Assembly: GCA_965224195.1 (NCBI GenBank)
Contig: OZ245040.1
Coordinates: forward strand, 1,536,001-1,600,000
From: Nitrosopumilus sp.
Lineage (GTDB): Archaea > Thermoproteota > Nitrososphaeria > Nitrososphaerales > Nitrosopumilaceae
Direction of reading: 5' to 3'
DNA length: 64,000 bases
Below, in pieces: positions 29,242 through 39,360 of this stretch. How positions within the stretch are numbered: position 1 is the stretch's first letter; the number at the start of each line of letters is the position of its first letter. Both the position numbers and the translations under genes were made by a program. The notes beneath the pieces are model-generated. The model did not search any database, was not told where the DNA came from, and was given only the letters and a program-made list of their open reading frames with translations.

Positions 29242-30939
29242 CTAAGATGGTAAAATCATATCCGATAACGAAGTTCCAGGAGCTACAAATGGTAATACAT
29301 CTTCTTCAGGATCAATTGGAATGTCGATAACTGTTGCAACATCACTACTCAATGCATTTTTGATTGCTTTGTCAAGTTCATCCATTGATTGTGCACAAAT
29401 TCCTTGAGCACCATAAGACTCTGCTAATTTAACATAATCAGGACAACTGTGTTGTTCGACACCAGTCATTCGTCTATCATAGAAAGTTCTCTGCCATTGA
29501 GCTACCATTCCCAATGAAGAGTTGTTTAAAATAAATACAATTACAGGAATATCTTCTAAAACTGCAGTTGCAAGAGAATTTTCGGTCATACTAAAACTGC
29601 CATCACCTGCAATATCCACAACAGGAACATCAGGTTTTGCAACTTTGGCACCAATAGCAGCTGGGAATCCCCAACCCATAGTACCAAGTCCTGTAGAACT
29701 AAAGAAAGTACCAGGTTGAATTACATCATAGAATAATGATGCCCACATTTGGTGTTGTCCAACTTCAGTAGTTACAATAGATTCTTTTGGTAATAATTCA
29801 CGAAGTTTACGTAAAATTTTAGCAGCACCCATTTTACCTGGATGGATTTTTAAGTTTTCTTTCCAATATGCTTTGGTTTCTTTAACATGTTTTACCCAAG
29901 GGGATTCATCAGTTTTTTTAATAGTCTTTTGTAAAAGTAACTTTACCATAACTCGAAGGTTTACCTTTACATCTCCAACAACAGCTATCTGAGCATTTTG
30001 ATTCTTGCCAATTTCAGCAGGGTCAACATCCATGTGAATAATTTTTAATCGTTTTTCAAAAGCCTCAAAAGTTCCAACAGACCTATCTGAAAATCTAGTT
30101 CCAATAGCTAAAACACAGTCAGCTTCTGCCATCATTTTGTTAGCTTCTGCATGTCCATGCATCCCAATTGGACCTAATGACAAAGGATGAGTTTCAGGAA
30201 ATGCACCTTTACCTTTGAAAGTAGAAACTACAGGAAGCATAAGAGTTTCTGCAACAGCTTGTAATTCAGCAAATGCCGATGAAATAATTGCTCCACCACC
30301 AGCTAAGATAATTGGTTTTTCAGCATGAAGTAACATATCGATTGCTCTTTCGACATTAACAATATCAGGATCAGCCCACGGATGATAACCTTGAATTTTA
30401 AATTCATCTGGAAATTCCATTGGTGCTTCATTAGTTTGAACATCTTTTGGAATGTCAATCAATACAGGTCCAGGCCTTCCAGTTTCTGCAATGAAAAATC
30501 CTTTCTTGACAACTTCTGGAATTTCTCCAGCGGTTCTTGGTTGAAATGCATATTTTACAACAGGATTTGCCATTCCAATAATATCACTTTCTTGAAATGC
30601 ATCTTTACCAATCATGTTAACAGCTACTTGTCCAGTAACTGCAATCATAGGTGCAGAATCTGCTTGTGCAGTTGCAATACCTGTTAAAATGTTAGTTGCA
30701 CCAGGACCAGAGGTTGCAAAGCATACACCAGGTTTTCTACTAACCCTTCCAAATCCATCAGCCATATGAGCAGCTGACTGTTCATGTCTTACCAAAATAT
30801 GTCGAATATCACATCGGTTAAATTCATCGTACATTGGAAGGTTGGCACCTCCCGGCAATCCAAATACTTGTTTGACGCCTTCTTTTTCCATAGCCGTCAT
30901 CAAGGCTTTTGCACCTGTCATAGTTTCCATTTCATTCAT
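29242..30939 (-). CDS. ilvB: Acetolactate synthase large subunit
   Basis: FGLPGG, RHEQ, TSGPGATN, GDGSF TPP motif. Confidence 0.95.
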   Translation of the reverse strand: MNEMETMTGAKALMTAMEKEGVKQVFGLPGGANLPMYDEFNRCDIRHILVRHEQSAAHMADGFGRVSRKPGVCFATSGPGATNILTGIATAQADSAPMIAVTGQVAVNMIGKDAFQESDIIGMANPVVKYAFQPRTAGEIPEVVKKGFFIAETGRPGPVLIDIPKDVQTNEAPMEFPDEFKIQGYHPWADPDIVNVERAIDMLLHAEKPIILAGGGAIISSAFAELQAVAETLMLPVVSTFKGKGAFPETHPLSLGPIGMHGHAEANKMMAEADCVLAIGTRFSDRSVGTFEAFEKRLKIIHMDVDPAEIGKNQNAQIAVVGDVKVNLRVMVKLLLQKTIKKTDESPWVKHVKETKAYWKENLKIHPGKMGAAKILRKLRELLPKESIVTTEVGQHQMWASLFYDVIQPGTFFSSTGLGTMGWGFPAAIGAKVAKPDVPVVDIAGDGSFSMTENSLATAVLEDIPVIVFILNNSSLGMVAQWQRTFYDRRMTGVEQHSCPDYVKLAESYGAQGICAQSMDELDKAIKNALSSDVATVIDIPIDPEEDVLPFVAPGTSLSDMILPS

Positions 30940-30982
30940 TTAATTTCTCTCCATAATTTTAAGCTAGTAAATTTTGGGCACA

Positions 30983-31042
30983 CTATAATAGAACAACAAG
31001 AGGCAAATCATTGCCAAATATTTTAGTTAATTTTGTGTCCAT
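30983..31042 (-). promoter_or_regulatory. Putative leader peptide (uORF) of the ilvB-ilvH-leuA-leuB operon
   Basis: MDTKLTKIFGNDLPLVVLL*; 6 of the last 7 codons are Leu/Val; ends 43 nt before the ilvB ATG. Confidence 0.6.
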
Positions 31043-31162
31043 TGAAATCATAAAAACAATCAATTGATAATTAATAAAGATTATCTAAAAAATAATCAAG
31101 GATTCACTCTATATCGTGCAGAAGACTTAAACGGATATTTTCTGAATTTGGAATGGACTATT

Positions 31163-31567
31163 TTGAGCGATAATGAAGAAATAATCAACATCATAGAAAC
31201 ATTATTTGAATCAGGAATCAACAAAGATCTTTCAAAACTTAGAGACATTCATCTAAATGATTCCAAATTTTCTAGCTTTAGTGATTTGCCACCATATGAC
31301 CTTAAAGATTATCAAACAACAATTGAACTTGAAGAATTGAGATTCATCAGCATATCAGATTATTCATATGAAATAAAAAATCCAAAAATTAGCTTGTTTG
31401 GATATACAGCAGTTGTTGCTTTAGAACTAATTCAAAAAGGGATGTTGGTAGATAACAAGGCATACACAGGAGAACACATGGTGATTACGGGTCGTGCAAC
31501 ATTTGTTTTAGTAAAGCAGCCAACATGGAAAATAGCACACATTCATTTATCAAAGATTGACGGATAA
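31163..31567 (+). CDS. SnoaL/NTF2-like protein (DUF4440-like); the ORF-track start at 31064 is probably too long
   Basis: MSDNEEII...GRATFVLVK..WKIAHIHLS. Confidence 0.8.
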   Translation: MSDNEEIINIIETLFESGINKDLSKLRDIHLNDSKFSSFSDLPPYDLKDYQTTIELEELRFISISDYSYEIKNPKISLFGYTAVVALELIQKGMLVDNKAYTGEHMVITGRATFVLVKQPTWKIAHIHLSKIDG

Positions 31568-31570
31568 TTT

Positions 31571-32455
31571 CTATTTTTTAGTAATAGTGGGTTTGTTTTG
31601 ATTAGGGTTGTTTGGTTTGTTTGATTTCTTTTGATTAGGGTTGTTTGGTTTGTTTGATTTCTTTTTAGGTTCTTCACTAACTAATTTTTGGTATAATTTG
31701 AAGGCCTGATCAACATTTTTGTTATTATGAACAATTGCCCTAACGGCTTTAATCATTGAAACTGGATGGTCAGATTGCCAAATGTTTCTACCCATATCAA
31801 CACCTACGGCACCGCCTTTAATTGCATTAAATGTTAATTGTAAAGCATCACGTTCAGGAATTTTTTTTCCACCTGCCACAATAATTGGGACAGGACATGA
31901 TTCAACTACTTTTTCAAAATTATCACAATAGTATGTTTTAACAATATGAGCACCTTGTTCTGCTGCAACACGACATGCTAATGAAAGATATCTAGCATCC
32001 TTACCAAGTTCTTTTCCAACTGCAGTTACTGCTAAAACAGGCAATCCATATTTTTCCGCTTCGCTAACTAATTTTCCAAGATTAACAATAGTTTGATATT
32101 CATATTTTGAGCCAACAAAGATAGACATTGCAAGAGCACTAGCATTTAGTCTAATTGCATCTTCAATAGAGACTGTAATGTCTTCCTGGGATAAATCCTC
32201 ACCTATGATACTAGAACCACCAGATACTCTCAAGACCATAGGAGTATCAGTTGTTGCAGAAACAGAAGATCTTTGAACTCCCCTTGTGACCATTAAAGAA
32301 TCACAATATTTCAAAAGAGGTGCGACTACTTTTTTTGGATTTTCAAGTTTTTCAGTTGGACCTAGAAAATATCCATGATCTACTGCTAACATTAATGCAC
32401 GATTATTTTGTGGTTTAATTATACGAGAAATTCTATTTTGTAATCCCCAATCCAT
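31571..32455 (-). CDS. lsrF: LsrF-like class I aldolase/thiolase (DhnA family)
   Basis: MDWGLQNRISRI, AVDHGYFLGP, VKTYY, AGGKK, DMGRNIWQ. Confidence 0.85.
   Translation of the reverse strand: MDWGLQNRISRIIKPQNNRALMLAVDHGYFLGPTEKLENPKKVVAPLLKYCDSLMVTRGVQRSSVSATTDTPMVLRVSGGSSIIGEDLSQEDITVSIEDAIRLNASALAMSIFVGSKYEYQTIVNLGKLVSEAEKYGLPVLAVTAVGKELGKDARYLSLACRVAAEQGAHIVKTYYCDNFEKVVESCPVPIIVAGGKKIPERDALQLTFNAIKGGAVGVDMGRNIWQSDHPVSMIKAVRAIVHNNKNVDQAFKLYQKLVSEEPKKKSNKPNNPNQKKSNKPNNPNQNKPTITKK
31596..31665. repeat. 33-bp tandem repeat x2 encoding KKSNKPNNPNQ in the lsrF tail
   Basis: Two adjacent identical copies with no spacer. Confidence 0.9.
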
Positions 32456-32500
32456 ATTTCTTCGATTTTGAAAGAATGAAAATCCCTTCTTAAGCCTTTC

Positions 32501-33529
32501 TCATTTTGTAATAATTATCTTCATTGCATTTTCACCAGTACGGGCATGATCAAATGCTTTTTGAGAATCAGAAATGGAGTAGGTATGTGTGATTAGTTGT
32601 TTAACATCGATTTGAGAAGATTCGATTAGATTCAATGCTTCTTTTGTATCTGAATCAGATGCAGCATAGCTAGTAACCAAAGTTATTTCTTTAGAGTAAA
32701 TTTTACTCATATCTAAATCCAATTTTGCCCCTTTTGATGGAACACCAAATATCATTACAGTGCCTCCTTTTCTAGTCATGTCAATAGCATCATCTAATGC
32801 TTTGAGGCTACTTGTAGCAACAATTGCTACATCTACACCTTGTCCATCAGTATTATCCAAAACTGTTTGTTTTCTATGTTCATCCATTGAAGAAATGGAA
32901 GCAGTAATGTTAAATTTTTTTGCAAAATCTAATCTAAAATCATTTACATCAAAGCAGAAAATTTTGGAGAATTTTTTTGCATGTGCTAACATGACATGCA
33001 TCATTCCAGTTGGACCAACTCCAAAGATTGCAGTAGAATCACCCTCCACATATGCAAATTTAGACCAGGCCCTAACACAACATGCTAAAGGTTCAATCAT
33101 TGCAGCTTCTTCATAACTAAGAGAGTCTGAAATTTTTAAAACTCCACCATGTGAAACGTTCCATGCAGGGACTACATATTCTTCAGATAATCCACATGGA
33201 GAAAGATTAGTTTCATAATATTTTTCACACATTGTTTCATTTCCATGATTACAGTAATGACAATTATAGCATGGAACATGGTGATGTGTAAAAACTCTAT
33301 CACCTTTTTGGAATTCAGTTACATCAGCACCAACATCTAGTATTATTCCAGATGGTTCATGACCTAATCGCATTGAAGGTTGTCCATATTGTCCAAAAAC
33401 TTTTTCTAAATCAGAACCACAAATTCCACAAGCATGCATCTGCACTAGGACATCACCAGAAGTTAACTGAAGCTTATCTACATCATCAACAGAAATTACA
33501 GATGGTTCTTTAACAGATGCACTTTTCAT
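32501..33529 (-). CDS. Zn-dependent alcohol dehydrogenase (MDR family)
   Basis: CGICGSD, GHE, CxxCxxC...C, GVGPTG. Confidence 0.92.
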   Translation of the reverse strand: MKSASVKEPSVISVDDVDKLQLTSGDVLVQMHACGICGSDLEKVFGQYGQPSMRLGHEPSGIILDVGADVTEFQKGDRVFTHHHVPCYNCHYCNHGNETMCEKYYETNLSPCGLSEEYVVPAWNVSHGGVLKISDSLSYEEAAMIEPLACCVRAWSKFAYVEGDSTAIFGVGPTGMMHVMLAHAKKFSKIFCFDVNDFRLDFAKKFNITASISSMDEHRKQTVLDNTDGQGVDVAIVATSSLKALDDAIDMTRKGGTVMIFGVPSKGAKLDLDMSKIYSKEITLVTSYAASDSDTKEALNLIESSQIDVKQLITHTYSISDSQKAFDHARTGENAMKIIITK

Positions 33530-33561
33530 GGTAAAACATTAGAGGTTTGATTATAAGAAGA

Positions 33562-33855
33562 TTATACACCGAGAATCTTTTTCAACATTACTCTGTAATC
33601 AACTGCATTTTTTTCACTTCCAGTTGCAGGTAATGCAAATACCAAAGTTGATTTTTCTGCACGCAACGCAGTTAACTCATCACTAATAGATTCTGTAATA
33701 TCATCACTAACTAAAACAAGTCCAACATCAGAATCATCAGTTAATGTCTTAATTTCTTCAAGAGCATTTTGAGGATTTTCAGAAATTTTTCCTGGAATTC
33801 CAGCTAATTGAAAGCTAGTTACAAAAGATTTGCTACCAACAGTGAAGATTTTCAC
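33562..33855 (-). CDS. atpF: A/V-type ATP synthase subunit F
   Basis: VGSKSFVTSFQLAGI...LKKILGV. Confidence 0.85.
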   Translation of the reverse strand: MKIFTVGSKSFVTSFQLAGIPGKISENPQNALEEIKTLTDDSDVGLVLVSDDITESISDELTALRAEKSTLVFALPATGSEKNAVDYRVMLKKILGV

Positions 33856-33943
33856 AGTTGTGGATTTTGTACGTTCTAATTTAACCCTTTTTGGAGTAGT
33901 CAGATCAGGAAAGGTTGATTTAGTTTGAAAAACCAGTCAAATC

Positions 33944-34243
33944 ATGGCAGAAATTGACACTCAAAAAAATATCTATTTGTTCCTACATGGAAGAATGGAT
34001 CTTAAAGAAAAGGCAACAAATGCACTAACTGTAAAAGGATTTGTGGCAGATAAAGTCATCATGGCCTCACCAACTAAGGTAGGAGAAGTAGGAGATTACA
34101 TGGCAATGTTATGGATGCCTCCAACCCCAGATCATATCAAGATTCAACAAATTACTAAAGTTGAAAAAGTTGAGCCAGAAGGAATGATTGGTCTTTGGAA
34201 AGGGGTTTCAAAAGATGATATCGACACTACGCCATTAGAGTAG
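33944..34243 (+). CDS. Hypothetical protein
   Basis: 99 aa ORF with protein-like composition. Confidence 0.75.
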   Translation: MAEIDTQKNIYLFLHGRMDLKEKATNALTVKGFVADKVIMASPTKVGEVGDYMAMLWMPPTPDHIKIQQITKVEKVEPEGMIGLWKGVSKDDIDTTPLE

Positions 34244-34245
34244 GT

Positions 34246-34497
34246 TTAGCTGAATCCAGCACCAAACTCGTTACCTTTTTCTAAAACATCACTAGAATCA
34301 GAATTTTTTAATTTTCTATAAAGTAATGTCTCATAAACTATCTTTAAGGCACTTTCATCATCAAGATCACAATCTTCCTTGATCTGATTTTTGTACTTTT
34401 CTAATTTTGTGGCATCTTGTTCATCAGGTGAAAGATTATCATGAACCATTAGATTTGCAATTTTTTCTATTTCAGAATTTTGTTGGTCTTCATCCAT
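34246..34497 (-). CDS. Hypothetical protein
   Basis: 83 aa acidic ORF. Confidence 0.7.
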   Translation of the reverse strand: MDEDQQNSEIEKIANLMVHDNLSPDEQDATKLEKYKNQIKEDCDLDDESALKIVYETLLYRKLKNSDSSDVLEKGNEFGAGFS

Positions 34498-34535
34498 AAT
34501 AGTATGAATAATTTCTAGTTATTAACAGGTTCGAA

Positions 34536-34838
34536 TTATAAATCAGAAATCAAGCCTCTAAGAAAATCAGAAAATTCATCATCAGAGAAAATTATTTCTT
34601 CAACTTTATTTTCATTCCTAGCTAGTTGTGCAGATTCAAGATGATAGCAAGTCATTTTTCCATTTAATTTACCAAAATAGAAACCAGGGCAAGAACAATA
34701 ATTACAATCAGGATCAATCCAATGTTCTTCGCCTTTTCCAACTACAGTCCAAATTTTGCGCTGTGTGGGCTCAAAAATATGTAATTTTACTCGTTTTTCA
34801 GAAACCAAAGATTGAACTCGATCCAAATTTTTACTCAT
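34536..34838 (-). CDS. SWIM Zn-finger protein
   Basis: YCSCPGF...CYHL. Confidence 0.85.
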   Translation of the reverse strand: MSKNLDRVQSLVSEKRVKLHIFEPTQRKIWTVVGKGEEHWIDPDCNYCSCPGFYFGKLNGKMTCYHLESAQLARNENKVEEIIFSDDEFSDFLRGLISDL

Positions 34839-34869
34839 AAGGGTTTAATCAGATATCTACAGTATAACT

Positions 34870-35622
34870 TTGATGTTACAAACAAGAATTATTCCATCAA
34901 AACCTGCATTAGTTTTGGAAGGTGAAAAAAAGAATCTGATAGTAACAGATGTCCACATAGGATTTGAAAGTAACATGGCATCAAATGAAATTTTCATAGG
35001 TAAAAATTCAACAATTAATGAATCAATTCAAGAATTATCAGACATCATAGATTCAGAAAAACCAGATTCAGTGATTTTATTAGGAGATATTAAATCAAGT
35101 GTTAAAAATATTTCAAAAAACGAATGGGATGAAGTTCCTTTGTTTTTTAAAAAAATAAGAGAAAAATGTGATGTAGTACTAGTTCCAGGAAATCACGAGG
35201 CAAATATCCAAAGATTAGTTCCAGATAACATTACAATGATTAGTTCAATAGGAATGATTGAAGAAAATGTTTTGCTAACACATGGCCATACATTACCTTC
35301 AGAAAACTTTTCACATGTAGATAAAATTATCATGGGACATCTTCATCCCGTATTTTTTCAAGAAAATTCTATAATCAATGGTCAAAGAGTTTGGGTATCA
35401 ATTAAAACAGATAAAGAAAACATATTCCCAAACAAGACAGGGGAAATTGAAATAATAATTGTTCCATCATTTAACAAATATTTTTACGCTACACATAGAA
35501 AACAATACAAAAAATCCATTTCCCCAATAATCAATAAAATAAATGAGATATCTAAAGCAAAAATAATTACACTTGATGGAACAATTATTGGAAATGAATC
35601 AAACATCAACCAAGTGATTTAA
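34870..35622 (+). CDS. Metallophosphoesterase
   Basis: DVHIG, LLGD, GNHE, THGH, GHLHP. Confidence 0.9.
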   Translation: MMLQTRIIPSKPALVLEGEKKNLIVTDVHIGFESNMASNEIFIGKNSTINESIQELSDIIDSEKPDSVILLGDIKSSVKNISKNEWDEVPLFFKKIREKCDVVLVPGNHEANIQRLVPDNITMISSIGMIEENVLLTHGHTLPSENFSHVDKIIMGHLHPVFFQENSIINGQRVWVSIKTDKENIFPNKTGEIEIIIVPSFNKYFYATHRKQYKKSISPIINKINEISKAKIITLDGTIIGNESNINQVI

Positions 35623-36075
35623 TCAGACAATTTTTGTTACTAATGTGCCCTTCATTGCACAGTTAGGACATCTTTGAGATGTTCCCCAATTTTTGACAGT
35701 TTCAGAATATAAAACACGAATTCCATAGGAATAGCCACAATTTTGACATTGAACTTCTGATGAATAACTACCCTTATTCCAATCATCATTTGGATCACGA
35801 ATGAATTTAGAAATTAAGTTACGCCCTTTATCAGTAATACGATATAGTGTTAAATCATGAAAGCCGGGTTTATCATCAAAAGGGATTCTTTGAACCAGGC
35901 CATTTTCATCTAGAAAAACCAAAATATCTTTGAGTTTAAATTCTGCAATCTTTATTTTTACAAAATTTATCTTTACGTTATTTTTTAGATGAATAAAACG
36001 AATTCCATCAGAATCAAATTTTTCAATTTTACTTAAAACTTCATCAAGTTCATCATCAGGAAATTTTTTTGCCAT
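35623..36075 (-). CDS. Winged-helix protein with C-terminal Zn ribbon
   Basis: LDENGLV...YRITDKG wing; CQNC...CPNC. Confidence 0.65.
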   Translation of the reverse strand: MAKKFPDDELDEVLSKIEKFDSDGIRFIHLKNNVKINFVKIKIAEFKLKDILVFLDENGLVQRIPFDDKPGFHDLTLYRITDKGRNLISKFIRDPNDDWNKGSYSSEVQCQNCGYSYGIRVLYSETVKNWGTSQRCPNCAMKGTLVTKIV

Positions 36076-36113
36076 AACATTTTATAGAATACTTGTGTTT
36101 ATGTTTTTTATAA

Positions 36114-39100
36114 TCACTCATATTTGTCATATGACTCAATTGGATCTTTTGTTGTTTTATTATCTCTTAACCATTCTAATGTTTTTACAAAAGAATCAGC
36201 CAATTCAATAGTAGTCAAGACAGGAATCCCTAATTCAAGTGATTTTCGTCTTATTTGATATTCATCATCAAGCATTCCCACATATTTTTCTAAAGTAGAA
36301 GTACTTGGAATATTTATGATGAAATCGATTTTTCGTTCATATAATAAATCAGAAATGTTGGGCTTTCGTTCAGGTTCTGAAATTTTATGAACAATTTCAA
36401 CTTGACCAATTTTTTCTTCAAAAAATTCTGCAGTGTGCTCTGTTGCCAATATTTTAAATCCCAATTGTTTTAATTTTGCAATTGTTGGAACTAGTTTTGC
36501 TTTATTTTGTGCACCTCCTACAGTGACAAGAGCTGAGCCTTTATCTGGGAGATTATAACCAACAGAGGTCAATCCTTTGGATAATGCATCATAGAAACTA
36601 TTTCCAAAACATGCCGCTTCTCCGGTAGATTGCATTTCAACCCCCAATGCAATATCTGCTCCCTCTAATTGCATAAAGGAGAATTGTGGGACCTTAATTC
36701 CATAGTTGTGAATTTTTTTCCATTTATTTTCAGGGATTTTAGGCAGTGGTTTATCCAAAATAGCCTTAGCAGCAAGAGAAATCAGGTTTGTTTTAACTAA
36801 TTTTGACACAAAAGGCATTGAACGCGATGCCCTAATGTTTAGCTCTATCACATAGACATGATCATCATGAACTAAAAATTGTAAGTTGAATGGACCTTTG
36901 ACATTAAATGTTAATGCAATCTTTTTTGAATATTCATTAATTGTTTCAATAGTTTTGTTGCTTAGACGCCAAGGAGGAATTACCATCATAGCATCTCCAG
37001 AGTGAACACCAGCACTATCAATATGTTCAACTATTGCACCAATGACAACTTCTTTTCCATCACTTATTCCATCTACATCAACTTCAAGGGAGTTTAACAT
37101 GAATTTGGAAATTACTACAGGATGATCAGGCGACACATCAGTAGCTTCTTTGACATATTTTTTTAATTCTTCTTGAGACCAAACAACTTTCATTGCAGCA
37201 CCAGACAAAACATAAGAAGGTCTAACAATTACAGGGAATTCAACTTCTTGAGCAAATGATTTTGCTTCATTTAGATTTGAAAACGCTTGCCAGCGAGGTT
37301 GCTGAATGTGAAGTTTATCAAGTTCTGCACTAAATTTAGAGCGGTCTTCTGCCCTATCAACATCTTGTGCACTAGTACCCAAAATGTTTACACCATGTTG
37401 TGCAAGACCAGGAGTTAAATTGTTTGCAGTTTGGCCTCCAACACAAGTTATGATTCCTTTTGGATGTTCAAATTCAGTAATATCTAAAATTCTTTCTTGA
37501 GTTAATTCTTCAAAGTATAATCTTGTACAAATATCATAATCAGTTGAAACAGTTTCAGGATTACAATTTACTACTGAGACACTTTTTTCATTATTTTCTT
37601 GAAGACCCCAAACCATGTTAACAGTACCCCAGTCAAATTCAACACTACTTCCTATTCTATAAGGTCCTGCGCCAAGTACAACAATTCCCTTTTCATCCTG
37701 TGAAATTACCACATCATTGGAGTGACCACCATATGTCAAATACAAATAATTTGTAACGGCAGGCCATTCTGCTGCAAGTGTATCAATCTGTTTAACAGAA
37801 GGAATTACGCCTAATTTCTTTCTCAAATCACGAATTTCATCAGGAGATTTGTCTTTTGCACGTGCAATCTGTTTATCTGAAAATCCTAATTTTTTAGATT
37901 CCCACATCAAAGATTCATCGAGTTCAGAATTGTTTAGTTTTTCTTCAACATTTACAATATTTTTTATTTTTTCAATAAACCAAGGATCAACAGTAGACAA
38001 TTTGTAAATTCGTTCTACTGCAATTCCCATCTTTAATGCAATTGCAACATGGTATAGAACTTGATCATCATGATGAGATAATTTGTATTCAATTTCTTCT
38101 TCAGTATACTTAATTCCGTTTGTACGATTCAAAACTAGCCCATCATTCCCAATATCTAACATTCGGATTGCTTTTTGGAACGATTCCTCAAACGTTCTAC
38201 CAACTGCCATCACTTCTCCAACAGATTTCATTGTAGGACCTAGTCTTCTATTAACTAATTCAAATTTATCAAAATCCCATCTAGGGTGTTTACATACAAT
38301 GTAATCAAGTGAGGGTTCAAAACATGCAGTGGTATTTTTTGTAATTCTATTTACAAGTTCAGATAGATTGTAACCTAGTCCAATTTTTGCAGACATGTAT
38401 GCTAATGGATATCCAGTAGCTTTACTTGCCAATGCAGATGAACGAGAAAGTCTAGGGTTAATTTCAATTGCAACATATTTGTCAGAATCAGGATCTAGAG
38501 CATACTGTATATTGCATTCACCAACTATTCCAACATGTTTTGTTGCACGAAGTGCAGCTGAACGTAACATATGATATTCGTGGTTATCAATTGTTTGTGA
38601 TGGTGCAACAACAATATTATCACCAGTATGGGCTTTCATAGAAAGAACATTCTCCATATTACATACAATTACATTATTTCCATCATAATCCTGCATTACC
38701 TCATATTCAATTTGTTTCCAATGACCAATGTATTCTTCAACTAGTACTTGTTTAACCAGACTCGCTTTGAGACCTCGTTCAACAATTTCATGCAATTCAA
38801 TTTCATTATGTGCAACACCTCCACCTCGTCCTCCCAGAGTATATGCAACTCGAATAATCACAGGATATGCTAATTCTTCAGCCGCCTTTTTGGCATCTTC
38901 AAAATTGTTGACAGTTTTACTTCGTAATACAGGTACATCACATTCATTCATAGAATCTTTGAAGAGCTGTCTATCTTCGGTTTTTTTAATACCTGCAATC
39001 TGAGTTCCAAGTACATTGACACCATATTTTTTGAGAATATCTGATTCATCTAGATTAACACCGCAGTTGAGAGCAGTTTGTCCCCCATATGCCAACATAA

Positions 39101-39356
39101 TTCCATCAGGTCTTTCTTTTTCAATAATTGATTCTACATAATCAGCATTAACTGGAAGAAGATACACTTGATCTGCAAATCGAGTGTCTGTTTGGATAGT
39201 CGCAATATTTGGATTGATTAAGACACTGTTAATTCCATCTTCATGTATTGCTTTGAGACATTGACTTCCAGAATAATCAAATTCTCCAGCTTCACCAATT
39301 TTAATTGCACCACTTCCAAGTACCAGGATTTTCTTTAAGGATTCATTCTTTGGCAA
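36114..39356 (-). CDS. carB: Carbamoyl-phosphate synthase large subunit
   Basis: GEFDYSG, two ATP-grasp halves and MGS domain. Confidence 0.97.
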   Translation of the reverse strand: MPKNESLKKILVLGSGAIKIGEAGEFDYSGSQCLKAIHEDGINSVLINPNIATIQTDTRFADQVYLLPVNADYVESIIEKERPDGIMLAYGGQTALNCGVNLDESDILKKYGVNVLGTQIAGIKKTEDRQLFKDSMNECDVPVLRSKTVNNFEDAKKAAEELAYPVIIRVAYTLGGRGGGVAHNEIELHEIVERGLKASLVKQVLVEEYIGHWKQIEYEVMQDYDGNNVIVCNMENVLSMKAHTGDNIVVAPSQTIDNHEYHMLRSAALRATKHVGIVGECNIQYALDPDSDKYVAIEINPRLSRSSALASKATGYPLAYMSAKIGLGYNLSELVNRITKNTTACFEPSLDYIVCKHPRWDFDKFELVNRRLGPTMKSVGEVMAVGRTFEESFQKAIRMLDIGNDGLVLNRTNGIKYTEEEIEYKLSHHDDQVLYHVAIALKMGIAVERIYKLSTVDPWFIEKIKNIVNVEEKLNNSELDESLMWESKKLGFSDKQIARAKDKSPDEIRDLRKKLGVIPSVKQIDTLAAEWPAVTNYLYLTYGGHSNDVVISQDEKGIVVLGAGPYRIGSSVEFDWGTVNMVWGLQENNEKSVSVVNCNPETVSTDYDICTRLYFEELTQERILDITEFEHPKGIITCVGGQTANNLTPGLAQHGVNILGTSAQDVDRAEDRSKFSAELDKLHIQQPRWQAFSNLNEAKSFAQEVEFPVIVRPSYVLSGAAMKVVWSQEELKKYVKEATDVSPDHPVVISKFMLNSLEVDVDGISDGKEVVIGAIVEHIDSAGVHSGDAMMVIPPWRLSNKTIETINEYSKKIALTFNVKGPFNLQFLVHDDHVYVIELNIRASRSMPFVSKLVKTNLISLAAKAILDKPLPKIPENKWKKIHNYGIKVPQFSFMQLEGADIALGVEMQSTGEAACFGNSFYDALSKGLTSVGYNLPDKGSALVTVGGAQNKAKLVPTIAKLKQLGFKILATEHTAEFFEEKIGQVEIVHKISEPERKPNISDLLYERKIDFIINIPSTSTLEKYVGMLDDEYQIRRKSLELGIPVLTTIELADSFVKTLEWLRDNKTTKDPIESYDKYE

Positions 39357-39360
39357 TTAT

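Noticed and set aside
31596-31665. 33-bp duplication as a fourth integration scar
   Set aside because: Copies are adjacent with no insert and in frame; ordinary slippage in a low-complexity tail.
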